DNA of 64,000 nucleotides from assembly GCA_963702205.1 (NCBI GenBank), contig OY969724.1, positions 2,688,001 to 2,752,000 on the forward strand, written 5' to 3'. This stretch comes from an uncultured candidate division Zixibacteria bacterium. Its GTDB lineage: Bacteria; Zixibacteria; MSB-5A5; GN15; PGXB01. Position 1 is the first letter of the stretch. Each line of letters opens with the position of its first letter. This document shows, piece by piece, positions 39,516 to 49,432 of this stretch. The position numbers and the translations under genes were made by a program. The notes beneath the pieces were generated by a model. The model was not told where the DNA came from. It saw only the letters and a program-made list of their open reading frames with translations, and searched no databases.

Positions 39516-39572
39516 AAAATCGTTGACTTCAGTCGAAAATTAAATACATTGGCTCAAGTCTTTTGCAATTTT

Positions 39573-39645
<73 letters not shown>

Positions 39646-39659
39646 TTTTTGATTGCCAT

Positions 39660-40214
39660 TTATTCTAACAAATTCTTTAGTATTTCGGGTGGCAGCAATT
39701 CTAGTGCCTTTGACAACTCTATGCAGATTGTTCCCAGCGATGTTTCCATTTGTAATTCATTTTCTTTATTTCGCGGGTTGTCATTTGTAGACAAATACAA
39801 ATCAAGCCATGCCTTTTGGGGGGGCACGTTCAATATTAAGGCTCCGGGCCTGGCTCTCTTCGATATCTGGGATTTATCAAATTTAATTACCCTTCCAACA
39901 ATATGATACCCTTCCATGTTTTCTGCCTTGACAAGGGGCCAATTGGCAATATAGTCTTTGTGTTTCTCGGGATCTTGATATCCTAAGTTCCGAGCTATCT
40001 CCACTTTCATTTCATCATGTTTTGACGGGTTCTTATGCTTATTCGAATATGTTAAATACAATCCTTTTTTACTATTATGTATAGTCACGTGTTCACCATC
40101 GAATAATTCAAAAGCAATAATTAACTGGCTCCCTTTATCTTTAACTTTAATAAACGGGATCTTCTTGCCATCAACGCTTGCGGCTACTCTATAAATATTA
40201 ATTTTCCCTTTCAT
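39660..40214 (-). CDS. hypothetical protein (low-GC islet)
   Basis: 184-aa ORF with AGGGGA SD in AT-rich DNA; no recognised family. Confidence 0.65.
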   Translation of the reverse strand: MKGKINIYRVAASVDGKKIPFIKVKDKGSQLIIAFELFDGEHVTIHNSKKGLYLTYSNKHKNPSKHDEMKVEIARNLGYQDPEKHKDYIANWPLVKAENMEGYHIVGRVIKFDKSQISKRARPGALILNVPPQKAWLDLYLSTNDNPRNKENELQMETSLGTICIELSKALELLPPEILKNLLE

Positions 40215-40385
40215 ATTATCCCTATAAATATATCCTTACAGCCATACCCCTATAGGGTTTTTATATAAAATAAACCTTTAAGGAAAATAAGGTTTCAAAT
40301 TTTTTATTTATGGGATTTTGGCTAATCAGCGCCATTAAAGGTCCGCAGTTTTGACAATATACATTCGGATTTATTCGGAATTTAA

Positions 40386-41120
40386 TTATTTGGGGAATAG
40401 TCGCCAAGTGGCTACCACCTTGTAACCGTCTGAACATTCCAACCATTCAAAGCCGTATTCTTCTAATTGGTCTTTGGTGCCCATATATATAGTATGTGCG
40501 AAATTATCATCCATTATTGATGCCTCGTACCTCAGGATTTTACTATCTTTGCCCTTCGCAAATATATGGGCTTCATTACCCATATTATTATTCAAGTATT
40601 CTGCCAATTGGATTCTCTTCTGTGTTTTGTCACTATAAGGACTTATATTAAATAAATCATCAGTACTGCGGTTGGCGTTTTCATTACTTAGGCTCTTTAG
40701 CACTTTATCACTAATATTTTTAAATGTATAATCTACCGTTGATGTTGTTCCTGTAAATGTAATCGTAGCAATTTTATAATCTGACTTAATTACAATATTA
40801 TATTCGCAGCAATAGTCGCTTAAAGTATCATTGCTATTAAAGGGAGCATATTTACTAGAAATTCTATTAATCTGTTCTATAATAGACATTATTTCTGTTT
40901 GGTTATACCAGATATTATTATTAAAGAAAATACTAATCTGATTGTCTGAATCATAATTAAAACAGTATTTATAATATTTGTTTCCGCTCAGAGCATTTTT
41001 CATGGACCATTCGAATTGTGCCCGGTTATCCTTATATACTCTATCTTCACTGCAACAAAATAAAAACGACAATATACAAATGCATAGGAAAAGTACAGAT
41101 GCGAATCTACCCAGTCTCAT
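40386..41120 (-). CDS. hypothetical exported or lipoprotein-like protein (low-GC islet)
   Basis: Long ORF in AT-rich DNA; MRLGRF...LFCC signal-like N-terminus, GGAG upstream; start uncertain. Confidence 0.65.
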   Translation of the reverse strand: MRLGRFASVLFLCICILSFLFCCSEDRVYKDNRAQFEWSMKNALSGNKYYKYCFNYDSDNQISIFFNNNIWYNQTEIMSIIEQINRISSKYAPFNSNDTLSDYCCEYNIVIKSDYKIATITFTGTTSTVDYTFKNISDKVLKSLSNENANRSTDDLFNISPYSDKTQKRIQLAEYLNNNMGNEAHIFAKGKDSKILRYEASIMDDNFAHTIYMGTKDQLEEYGFEWLECSDGYKVVATWRLFPK

Positions 41121-41290
41121 TTTTGCATCTCCATTGATCCCTACCGTCAAGTCAACTCCCTAAAGAAAACATAGGCTGATGATCCCATTCTCGATAAGCC
41201 GATTTATTTTAAAATAACCGAAAGTGCCTAAAATTCAAAGATTAAAATGGCTTAGATAACCCGTCCCAAATCGCCGCCCCCAATAAAAAA

Positions 41291-41363
41291 AGCCACCGTG
41301 CGGGATCGAACCGCAGACCTGCTGATTACGAATCAGCTGCTCTACCAGCTGAGCTACGGTGGC
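41291..41363 (-). tRNA. tRNA-Thr(CGU)
   Basis: Minus strand GCCACCG/CGGTGGC acceptor stem, GCTGA-TT-CGT-AA-TCAGC. Confidence 0.96.
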
Positions 41364-41491
41364 TTAAGTCAAATGGACAACTAATATATATTTATTTCGA
41401 CATTTGTAAATGAAAATTTGGTCTTACAAGGATATTATCGCAGAGCGAACAAAGCTCAATTTTGCCACCGACGCTGTGTTGATTTATCCCC

Positions 41492-42325
41492 TCACCCCTT
41501 CTCAGGCGAGGCGATACCATAGACGCCGCCTTCATAATCGAGACGTGGCCCGAGATACATCCGCAGCGACGACTGCCGGTATTGAAAACCGTGGTCGAGA
41601 AGTATTTCCACCGCCTCCTGGTTCACTTCGGGCGTCCCAATATGCAGGTCGTTGTTGCAGTAGTCGTCAAGTATCATCTCCAGAAGCTTGACAAAACCGC
41701 CCGACTCCAGCGCCAGGATCGGCCCGACAAAGTACGACTTATCATCCCTCGGCCGCACGGCCGCGTATCCGTCGAGCGTTTCATACCCGATATTCAATAT
41801 GCCGTTGGGGAATTCATCGTGCAGCCGCCTTATCACTTTTCCCCGATCGACGCCGCTCATTTTTGAATCGAATTTGACAATGTCCTCTATTGCCGTTGCC
41901 CCCGGCTTAATTTCTCTCGGATGATTTTTGAATTCCTGCGCCGGTCGAAACATCCGCAGCGAAAGATATTTATCTTTGAAGCCCAGACTACGATACAACG
42001 GCGCCGCCTCCATAACACCGTCAAGTTCTATCGTTTGCACCTTTCTGGACTGCAAAAAGCTTATTGCGATTTTCATCAGTGCGGTGCCGATACCTTTGCC
42101 CCGTTCTTTTTTTTCGACAATCAGGCTCGCGAGAAAGGCATAGCCGTTGTATACAACCGACGTTATCGTGCCCACCACGCGGCCGTCATCTTCGGCCACA
42201 AAGCAGCCCTCGGGTTCATAATCGTACAAACGGTTATAATCGGTCAGGCAGTTACCCCAATTTTCTTCGCGGGCCAAATCAGCCATATAGCGCAAATCAT
42301 CGCGGGTCATCGTTCTGATATTCAT
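41492..42325 (-). CDS. GNAT family N-acetyltransferase (two-domain)
   Basis: RGKGIGTAL acetyl-CoA motif, PLYRSLGF; start taken at MNIRTM. Confidence 0.85.
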   Translation of the reverse strand: MNIRTMTRDDLRYMADLAREENWGNCLTDYNRLYDYEPEGCFVAEDDGRVVGTITSVVYNGYAFLASLIVEKKERGKGIGTALMKIAISFLQSRKVQTIELDGVMEAAPLYRSLGFKDKYLSLRMFRPAQEFKNHPREIKPGATAIEDIVKFDSKMSGVDRGKVIRRLHDEFPNGILNIGYETLDGYAAVRPRDDKSYFVGPILALESGGFVKLLEMILDDYCNNDLHIGTPEVNQEAVEILLDHGFQYRQSSLRMYLGPRLDYEGGVYGIASPEKG

Positions 42326-42380
42326 AATCCGTTCCTGTATTTCGTTGTATGCCGGTCTGTGAAAATACGAAATTTCCAAC

Positions 42381-42407
42381 AAAAAAGCCCCGAAATTCGG
42401 GGCTTTT
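42381..42407. terminator. intrinsic terminator
   Basis: aaaagccccg-aaatt-cggggctttt. Confidence 0.8.
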
Positions 42408-42425
42408 GACAAAAAAATCTTGAAA

Positions 42426-43643
42426 TTATTGGCCGCACTCTGTCTGCCATGTGCTGTAGCGGCATGGCTGCGGCTCACCGACAGGCTCTGTATAGAGCAT
42501 GTCTATTACGGAAAGAATATCGAGCAGGTTAACCGTGCAGTCACAATTGAAATCACCTTTCCAGACGTCCTGAGGGGAAAAGTCTTTGGCATATATATCA
42601 TCACTAAGGCTAAGTATATCGAGCAAATTATACAGGTCGTCGCTGTTGACGTCACCGATAAGGCATTTAAGGACGGTCAGACTACCGCTTTCTATAATCA
42701 CCTTGAAAGTATCCAAAGTCGTCACCGGGATACTATCGACAAATATGGAATCGTACGGCGGTCCCGTGACACGCTGATAACTCAAACATATATCGTTGTC
42801 GGGCGGCAACCACGCTGTACAGCGGTAAAATTGAGTATCCGGAATCGTATCAATCCTCATCCCGATCAAATTACCATATTGGTCGCTGAATAATGGCGCT
42901 AAATCGAGAATACTGCCATTCAGATTAATGTCTACGGTGCGATTCGTTGCCGTATCAGGAATATCTGCAACGTTAACCAATGAGTTGAACAACACACTCG
43001 GCTCCGTTCGCGGCGGGAGACCTTCAATATCAAACGGCAAATATAAATCCGCGATCGCGGCTATCCTGTAATCATAGCCAAGCCCGGAAAGTGATCTGGT
43101 ATCCATAAACTCCCAGCCACTCGTTAATGTGCCAACCGTATCCACGCCTCCGAAAAGGCCCACAACGGTATCGACCGAAGTTGAATCATACCCGGGTATG
43201 AAAGTCGAATCAAAGCAAACTCCAAGATCCGCCGAATTGCAGTGCCAGGAACCGATTGTAAATTCAGAATCTATACAAAAGTCTCCGCTATACTGCGTGC
43301 AATGCCAATAGTTGCTGCATTCGATATATGAAGTGCAGGTCTCGCCGTCATATTCGTCACAAGCCCAATATCTCGTATATGCCGTCGTGTCGACGGAAAC
43401 AACAAACTCCGCCAGGTCCGGATTGCTCATGATCATCCACATTTCATATCCATGAACAGTGTCTTCATAATTGGTAAGGTATATTGGTACCTTTGCCCCC
43501 AGCTGCCCGGGACAGGCGAAAGCATCGTCGACTTTGATTTTCAAAACTGGATTCTGGGCCGGGGCTAATTCCGGCAACACGGCGATCAATATCAGGATCG
43601 TGAAAAATCCGACACAGATTTTTGAAGTCCGGCAGTAATTCAT
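42426..43643 (-). CDS. secreted Cys-rich protein with possible cohesin-like body and C-terminal dockerin-like domain
   Basis: Signal peptide, beta-strand-rich body (KVDDAFACPG...VPIYLTN), internal WxCx(7)C repeats, GDVNSD/GDFNCD repeats. Confidence 0.7.
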   Translation of the reverse strand: MNYCRTSKICVGFFTILILIAVLPELAPAQNPVLKIKVDDAFACPGQLGAKVPIYLTNYEDTVHGYEMWMIMSNPDLAEFVVSVDTTAYTRYWACDEYDGETCTSYIECSNYWHCTQYSGDFCIDSEFTIGSWHCNSADLGVCFDSTFIPGYDSTSVDTVVGLFGGVDTVGTLTSGWEFMDTRSLSGLGYDYRIAAIADLYLPFDIEGLPPRTEPSVLFNSLVNVADIPDTATNRTVDINLNGSILDLAPLFSDQYGNLIGMRIDTIPDTQFYRCTAWLPPDNDICLSYQRVTGPPYDSIFVDSIPVTTLDTFKVIIESGSLTVLKCLIGDVNSDDLYNLLDILSLSDDIYAKDFSPQDVWKGDFNCDCTVNLLDILSVIDMLYTEPVGEPQPCRYSTWQTECGQ

Positions 43644-43776
43644 TACGGCCACCCTCCGCTTTAAGGTCAGTTAACTCAACTAACGACGGCAAAACACTCA
43701 GTCCCGGAAGTAAAACTTTCGCGGAGATAGATATATATAAAATACGGCAATTCGTTAATTTGTCAACTGCGAACTG

Positions 43777-46700
43777 CTATGGGCAATTGGGCGCCGGACC
43801 GACCGGTTCTCCATAAATGTAATCAATTAAATATAGAATATCTATCAGATTAACAGCTTCGTCACCGTCGACGTCGCCCGATTCCATCGGTTCCGGCGCG
43901 GTCCCCGGCGGAACCCCGTATTTATAATCTATAAGATACAATATATCCAGCAGGTCGACGTTGCCTTCATCGGTGACATCGCCGCAGACAAAAGCCGCGA
44001 CAATATTAAGATCGAAAGTCTGCTCATCGTGCGAGCCGAGCGCGTCAGCACAGCCGGCCATAAAACTCATGCTCATTGTATCCAAAGGCGTCCCGGAAAT
44101 AAGCCCCGACGAAGAAAGCTCTAGCCCGATGCCGTCAAGGTCACCGTTCATATCGGACCAGACAAAACCACCGGTGCCCCCCGTGCATGTCAATTGGCAG
44201 GCATAAGCCTCCCCTTCGGTTCCTTCGGGCACGGTGGTCATTGTTATTTCCACGGCAGGATTGACATCGACCTGCAATATTTTTTCACCCGACGCTCCTA
44301 TCTGATCCTCGGCGAGCGCCGTAAATCCGATCGTTCCTGCGGATGTCGGTATTCCTGATAAGACACCATTGGGACCAAGACTTAAACCACTTCCAGACAG
44401 GTCGTCCATTTTATCGGACCAGATAACCGACCCAGTCCCGCCTGTCGCCGCAAGCGTCTCATTAAATGCGATTCCTTGGGTCCAATCCGGCAGAGTTGCT
44501 GTAGTAATTGTAACGGCCGGATTTATTACGAACGAAAGCGGTTGCTCGGCAGTATGCGGCACTTCATCGGAAACTTCAGCAGTAAATGACACGGTCATCC
44601 CGGCCGCTACCATACCGCTCAACAGGCCGTCCGATGACAGTGTCAGGCCGGTACCGTTCAGATCGTTATACTTGTCGGTCCAGGTCAGAGTCCCGATGCT
44701 ACCGATGACTTCCAATTGTTGGGAATAGGCCATTCCAGCGGTCCAGTCGGGCAGATCGGTGGTGGTAATTTGCATATCGGCCACGCATTGATAACCGGTA
44801 ATTTCAACGTCGTCTATATTCCAACCGCAATATGTCCACGAACCATCGGTCGTACCCATCGTATAGCGAAGATAGACGGCAGGTTGACCGTCGGCGATGC
44901 CGGATATATCGAGATCCATCTCGACCCAGCCGCCATCGTCTATCGTTTCATCGTTTTCCCAGACCGTAGTCCAGTTTGTTCCATTGTTGCTGACGCGAAC
45001 ATAAGCATGGTCGTAGGCCGATTGTTCAACTCCCAGCCAGCGCCAGAATTTTAAATGAGCATTAATCAACGACGAACAGTCTATCGCCGGGCTGGTAAGG
45101 TGCCTTTCGGGCATAGCATTCTCGTAGCCGCCGCTCAGGTTATAGCCATAGACATTGCTGCCCGAATGGCCGCTCGTAGGATCCGGCGAGCCGTGATCGC
45201 CCCCGGAACCGGTCGGTGTGCCCCGCTGCCAGCTTCCGCCGGACACGGTCCAGCCCTGGACTGTTTCGAAGTCGTCCTGGAATACGGTCATGACCTGCGT
45301 TGCCACCGTCGGACGGTACGCCAGAGCCGGGTCGGGATCATAAATCCGGCCTTCGCTTTCTTCCTCGGCGCTCATGTAAAATTCGATTTCATCGCCGCAG
45401 TCTTGCGCCGGGAGAATTGCGGTATAGCGGTTGTCCGACGATTGTGGCATATCGACCGTCTGCACCGCCCCACCGTTTATTATATAGTGCAGCTGGCCGG
45501 TCCCCGGTATGGGTACCCCGCCCGACGTCCCCACGACATTGACACCCATCGACGTTTCCACACCCGGCGCGATATATTCCGGTGGAGCACCGTCGCGAAA
45601 TACGAATCTCAGCGACGGGGTCGGGATATAATATCCGTCGACATAGTATGCCGTAGCCGCCGAGGCCTTCACCATGCGCGTCATGTAATCGAAATTCATG
45701 TAGGTCGTGCTGTCCTGGTACGTGTGATAAACGGTCGAGAACACGTACTCGAACGGAAAGGCCACGTCGTAACCGTTCTGAGTGAACGGATAATGATCCG
45801 AGGCGGATATATTTCCGCTGAAATGGCCGGAAATATCAATTCCATCGAGGCCCGCCGCCATATTTCGCCAGATATAAACATAAGACGTATCGGTCCCATG
45901 GTACAATTTGGCGTCGCCGTCGTTGCCGATGGCGGCGCACATATCGAGATTGAGCATCATGACGATGCTGTCACCGGCCGCCGCCGCGGCATCGGCATAA
46001 TGCCAGGAACCATACAACCCCTGCTCTTCGGCATCGAACAGTATAAATTTGAAACTCATCTTGGTTTCGATGCCGCTGAAAATGCGGGCCATCTCCATGA
46101 CCGCGGACGTTCCCGAACCGTTGTCGTCCGCACCCGGCGACGACGATACGGCGTCGCGGTGCGCCCCCATTATTATCTGATGGTCAGGGTAGATCGTGCC
46201 GTACTTGATACCGACAACGTTATAGGCCTGCCCCAGACTGGCCGAAAAGGTGTCGATATAGACCGAGTCCAGACCGAAATTTATCAGGCTGTTGTATATC
46301 CAATCGCGTGACTGGCGATTGCCGGACGATCCGGTCAGGCGGTTGGGAAAGGCCTGGAGCATATGATCATAAGACCACAGCGAATCATACTCGATTAACG
46401 AAATTACTGAATCAAGAGTAATTGATCGATCGACTTTTTGCTCTGAAAGTCTGACGGGCTCTTTGAAAATCACGCGCAGCCCTTTCGACGGCAGCGGCGT
46501 TAAACCCGCAAAGCCGATCTGGTCGGGGGTAATGCCGCCCGGAACGTGCACCAGACGGATTCCGTCTTCTTCGAAGACAGTCCTGTACAGTTTGTTTCTA
46601 TCGGGTTCGAAAGAGGCGTCGACCGCCATATTATTGCGATCGACAGAAGACTCAATCAGGTGGCCGTCAAGATTTTTGCTCCGGAATATTTCTTCGGCAT

Positions 46701-46878
46701 CGCCCTTAGTAATTACGAGATAAGCGTTATTGAGCCGCACGACGGCGTCGAAACCGGTTTTAACCAACGCCGTCGCATCGGCCTGGTTGTTGATTTCCAC
46801 GCGATACAAATCCTCGGCGCAAACCGAAGATACAAGGGCCAGCATCATCAGGGCCGCAATTATCATACCTCTTCTCAC
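43777..46878 (-). CDS. secreted M28 family peptidase with Ig-like repeats and C-terminal dockerin-like domain
   Basis: HRD, GADDNGSG, EEQGL, SDH; three ITTxxLP...GLxLxxxGxxSG Ig-like repeats; dockerin repeats. Start taken at GTG after GGAGG. Confidence 0.88.
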   Translation of the reverse strand: MRRGMIIAALMMLALVSSVCAEDLYRVEINNQADATALVKTGFDAVVRLNNAYLVITKGDAEEIFRSKNLDGHLIESSVDRNNMAVDASFEPDRNKLYRTVFEEDGIRLVHVPGGITPDQIGFAGLTPLPSKGLRVIFKEPVRLSEQKVDRSITLDSVISLIEYDSLWSYDHMLQAFPNRLTGSSGNRQSRDWIYNSLINFGLDSVYIDTFSASLGQAYNVVGIKYGTIYPDHQIIMGAHRDAVSSSPGADDNGSGTSAVMEMARIFSGIETKMSFKFILFDAEEQGLYGSWHYADAAAAAGDSIVMMLNLDMCAAIGNDGDAKLYHGTDTSYVYIWRNMAAGLDGIDISGHFSGNISASDHYPFTQNGYDVAFPFEYVFSTVYHTYQDSTTYMNFDYMTRMVKASAATAYYVDGYYIPTPSLRFVFRDGAPPEYIAPGVETSMGVNVVGTSGGVPIPGTGQLHYIINGGAVQTVDMPQSSDNRYTAILPAQDCGDEIEFYMSAEEESEGRIYDPDPALAYRPTVATQVMTVFQDDFETVQGWTVSGGSWQRGTPTGSGGDHGSPDPTSGHSGSNVYGYNLSGGYENAMPERHLTSPAIDCSSLINAHLKFWRWLGVEQSAYDHAYVRVSNNGTNWTTVWENDETIDDGGWVEMDLDISGIADGQPAVYLRYTMGTTDGSWTYCGWNIDDVEITGYQCVADMQITTTDLPDWTAGMAYSQQLEVIGSIGTLTWTDKYNDLNGTGLTLSSDGLLSGMVAAGMTVSFTAEVSDEVPHTAEQPLSFVINPAVTITTATLPDWTQGIAFNETLAATGGTGSVIWSDKMDDLSGSGLSLGPNGVLSGIPTSAGTIGFTALAEDQIGASGEKILQVDVNPAVEITMTTVPEGTEGEAYACQLTCTGGTGGFVWSDMNGDLDGIGLELSSSGLISGTPLDTMSMSFMAGCADALGSHDEQTFDLNIVAAFVCGDVTDEGNVDLLDILYLIDYKYGVPPGTAPEPMESGDVDGDEAVNLIDILYLIDYIYGEPVGPAPNCP

Positions 46879-46900
46879 CTTACACACCTCCATAAATGTC

Positions 46901-48763
46901 TCACTTAATTTGCAGGCACTCCGGCGCATCACCCGGAGGGTCACCATATATGTAGTCTATCAAATATAAAATATCGAGAAGATTGGTATTGCCGTCGGAA
47001 TTAACGTCGCCCGCTGACGGAGGAATCGGGTCCGGGCCGGGCGGATCGCCATAGATATTATCGATAAGGTACAAGATATCAATCAGGTTGAGAGCACCAT
47101 CGCCGTCGGCATCGCCGCACGAATATGCCCGAATTACTATGGATTTAACGGCACTGTCATACCCGTCGCTGCATTCAACATCAAACTCAACAATTGGAAT
47201 TTCATTCGGTACCATACCCTTTAGAGTATCATTTTGTAAAGTCATCCACGCCGGCAAATTCGAGTAGTTAACGGTAAACGTCGTATCGTCGGGGTCATTT
47301 ACGGTCGGATAGAATTCAAATGCATCGCCCGACCAGGCAAATATCGTGTCAGCCGAGACTATCTCCGGCGGGTAATTGACAACCGTCTCGTGCGGCCACG
47401 CCATTCCTATGTATGGGTGACTCTCTGCCCGGCCGGATTGGTCGGCCGCCCTTAAAATGTACTTTATCGACGTTCCCGGCGACTGCGACGGTATGTAGCC
47501 CGTCACCGAATCGGATAGTTCGTCGAGCGTCATGGCCGTACTTATGAACGGTCGGTCATCAAGGCTGTAGTATATCTTCAATGAATCTTCGATCAACGCC
47601 GCACCGGAACAAGCCGTGACTCCAGCTCCGACAAAAATATCGCCGGATGCGGAGACTTTTTCCGGCAGGGGGACATGCCGTATGCTTAACATACCGCGGT
47701 CGGGCACACCCATCGCCCGGCAGTGGATAGCGTCGTCGTCCAACCAGGAACCATAAAAGCCAAGAATCTCATAACCCGGCATGGCATCCTGATAGGTCAG
47801 GATGGCGGCGGCATCGGAGCTGACACCGAATATCGGCACAAAAACTTTATTGTTCAAAATCAGGCTGTTGGTGTAGGCCGTCCCGGACGGGCAGTACACT
47901 CTTACGACGTTATACGGTCTCCCCCACGGTGACATCTGCTCCGACAGGAATTGTGCGCGGGCATTCAACAGAGCGTAACTCGAACTGGACGAGGGCACGT
48001 CCTTGACCAGTATGGTTCCCGGATTCAGGAGCTTGGCCCAGCAGTCGATATGGTGAATCCCACCCGATTCTATATATCCGAGGACCGTATAATCGTTGCC
48101 AAGGTACGCTTCCATAAGCGAGTCAACGACTTTGGTCGCCAACGTCGGATTCTCATCGTAAACTAATCGCGTGGAAAACGACCGGCCGAGTCCGTCCGAC
48201 ATGTGATTGCCACCGGTATGGATCAGGTTGCTGCCATAGACGTTCAGGCCCCAAAGCGCACCGATTGTCTGCGGGATGACGTCGTCGAGTGGTCGGGGAC
48301 GATTATAAATATTATCGACGATGGCCATCTGTTCGTCCTGGAAGATAAACCACGGGCCATAGTCCCGGGTCCAGATCGAATTGGTCGGGGCCGTTATAAA
48401 TTGAGTGTTGGCCATGTTGACGCCGCCCGAGGTGTAAGAATTTCGGGCGCTGGTTTCCTCGGATGAACTGCCGACTATGGTCGTCACCATGACGTCTTCC
48501 GACATCTCCGCCACCAGCGAGATTGAAATTCCCAGCGGCCAGCGGATTATGACGCCTTCCGACGGTTCCCATTCGGCCGGATTGCGGAGTTCCCCTGTGG
48601 GAGCCTCCGTGGCCTTGTGGGCGATGCCGATTTCATCGAGGTGCAGAAGCTCCTCATCGGTCAGGCCGATGGGCAGATTGTTTTGATCGTTTTGCTCGGC
48701 GAATAAATTCGGCGCGGTGATGATTAAAGCTGACAATAGCAGAAGGATTGAAAGATTTTTCAT
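46901..48763 (-). CDS. secreted agmatine/peptidyl-arginine deiminase family protein with dockerin-like domain
   Basis: PAEWE, WTRDYGP, HIDC, AIHC catalytic Cys; dockerin repeats. Confidence 0.88.
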   Translation of the reverse strand: MKNLSILLLLSALIITAPNLFAEQNDQNNLPIGLTDEELLHLDEIGIAHKATEAPTGELRNPAEWEPSEGVIIRWPLGISISLVAEMSEDVMVTTIVGSSSEETSARNSYTSGGVNMANTQFITAPTNSIWTRDYGPWFIFQDEQMAIVDNIYNRPRPLDDVIPQTIGALWGLNVYGSNLIHTGGNHMSDGLGRSFSTRLVYDENPTLATKVVDSLMEAYLGNDYTVLGYIESGGIHHIDCWAKLLNPGTILVKDVPSSSSSYALLNARAQFLSEQMSPWGRPYNVVRVYCPSGTAYTNSLILNNKVFVPIFGVSSDAAAILTYQDAMPGYEILGFYGSWLDDDAIHCRAMGVPDRGMLSIRHVPLPEKVSASGDIFVGAGVTACSGAALIEDSLKIYYSLDDRPFISTAMTLDELSDSVTGYIPSQSPGTSIKYILRAADQSGRAESHPYIGMAWPHETVVNYPPEIVSADTIFAWSGDAFEFYPTVNDPDDTTFTVNYSNLPAWMTLQNDTLKGMVPNEIPIVEFDVECSDGYDSAVKSIVIRAYSCGDADGDGALNLIDILYLIDNIYGDPPGPDPIPPSAGDVNSDGNTNLLDILYLIDYIYGDPPGDAPECLQIK

Positions 48764-48922
48764 AATAGTCCCGGTTGTCTGTTACGCGGCCTGGGGTTAA
48801 AATTGCAGTAATCGGACAAGACAAAAAAATGGCCGCAACTCCTTTAGGGTCAATATAATAGATGATTACGATTTGGCAATATAAAGTTTGCGGTCGTGGG
48901 GTGGATTTTGCCTCCGAAAAAA

Positions 48923-49008
48923 TGCCGGAGGCCGGATTTGAACCGGCACGCACTTTACAGTGCAAGGGATTTTAAGTCCCTGGTGTCTACCAATTCCACC
49001 ACTCCGGC
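48923..49008 (-). tRNA. tRNA-Leu(UAA)
   Basis: Minus strand GCCGGAG/CTCCGGC acceptor stem, AGGGA-CT-TAA-AA-TCCCT, long variable arm. Confidence 0.96.
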
Positions 49009-49432
49009 AATGGAAAAGCGGCGGTAAGTTATGAAATTTGCTAATGGGAATCAAGAAAGTTTTCGTTAATAGCTCACCGAATATATTTATAGCGTATCAA
49101 GCCTAAATTGTTTTAGATCTATTTTTAATTCTTTTGCCAAACCATTTAAAGATCTGTCCACCCTCACACCCAGTTTTCGAGGAGCTTTTAGTTTCGTTGT
49201 ATCTCCTCCTAATGAAGAAATGCGAGCAAAATATGATGTTCTTGCGCTATCGATGCTAAACCTTTTCCTGCGTGCCCACTTTATAATGGCTTGGACGTAC
49301 TGACCTGAACGATACCTACCATTAGAGGCATAATCATTTGCGATATGTTCGATTGAGTCCGCCAGCCCAACTTGGACTCCTTTAGCCCAAAAATCATACT
49401 CCGCCATAATATTGGCCAATTCTATCTTATTT

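Noticed and set aside
40030..40057. dif-like site (ATATGTTAAAT resembles an XerD arm)
   Set aside because: Lies inside an ORF and the XerC arm does not match.
39650..41285. Integron cassettes or prophage att sites
   Set aside because: No attC core-site pairs, integrase or duplicated tRNA 3' ends found by eye.
45055..46311. 418-aa plus-strand ORF
   Set aside because: Antisense to the M28 peptidase, with an Arg-rich shadow composition.
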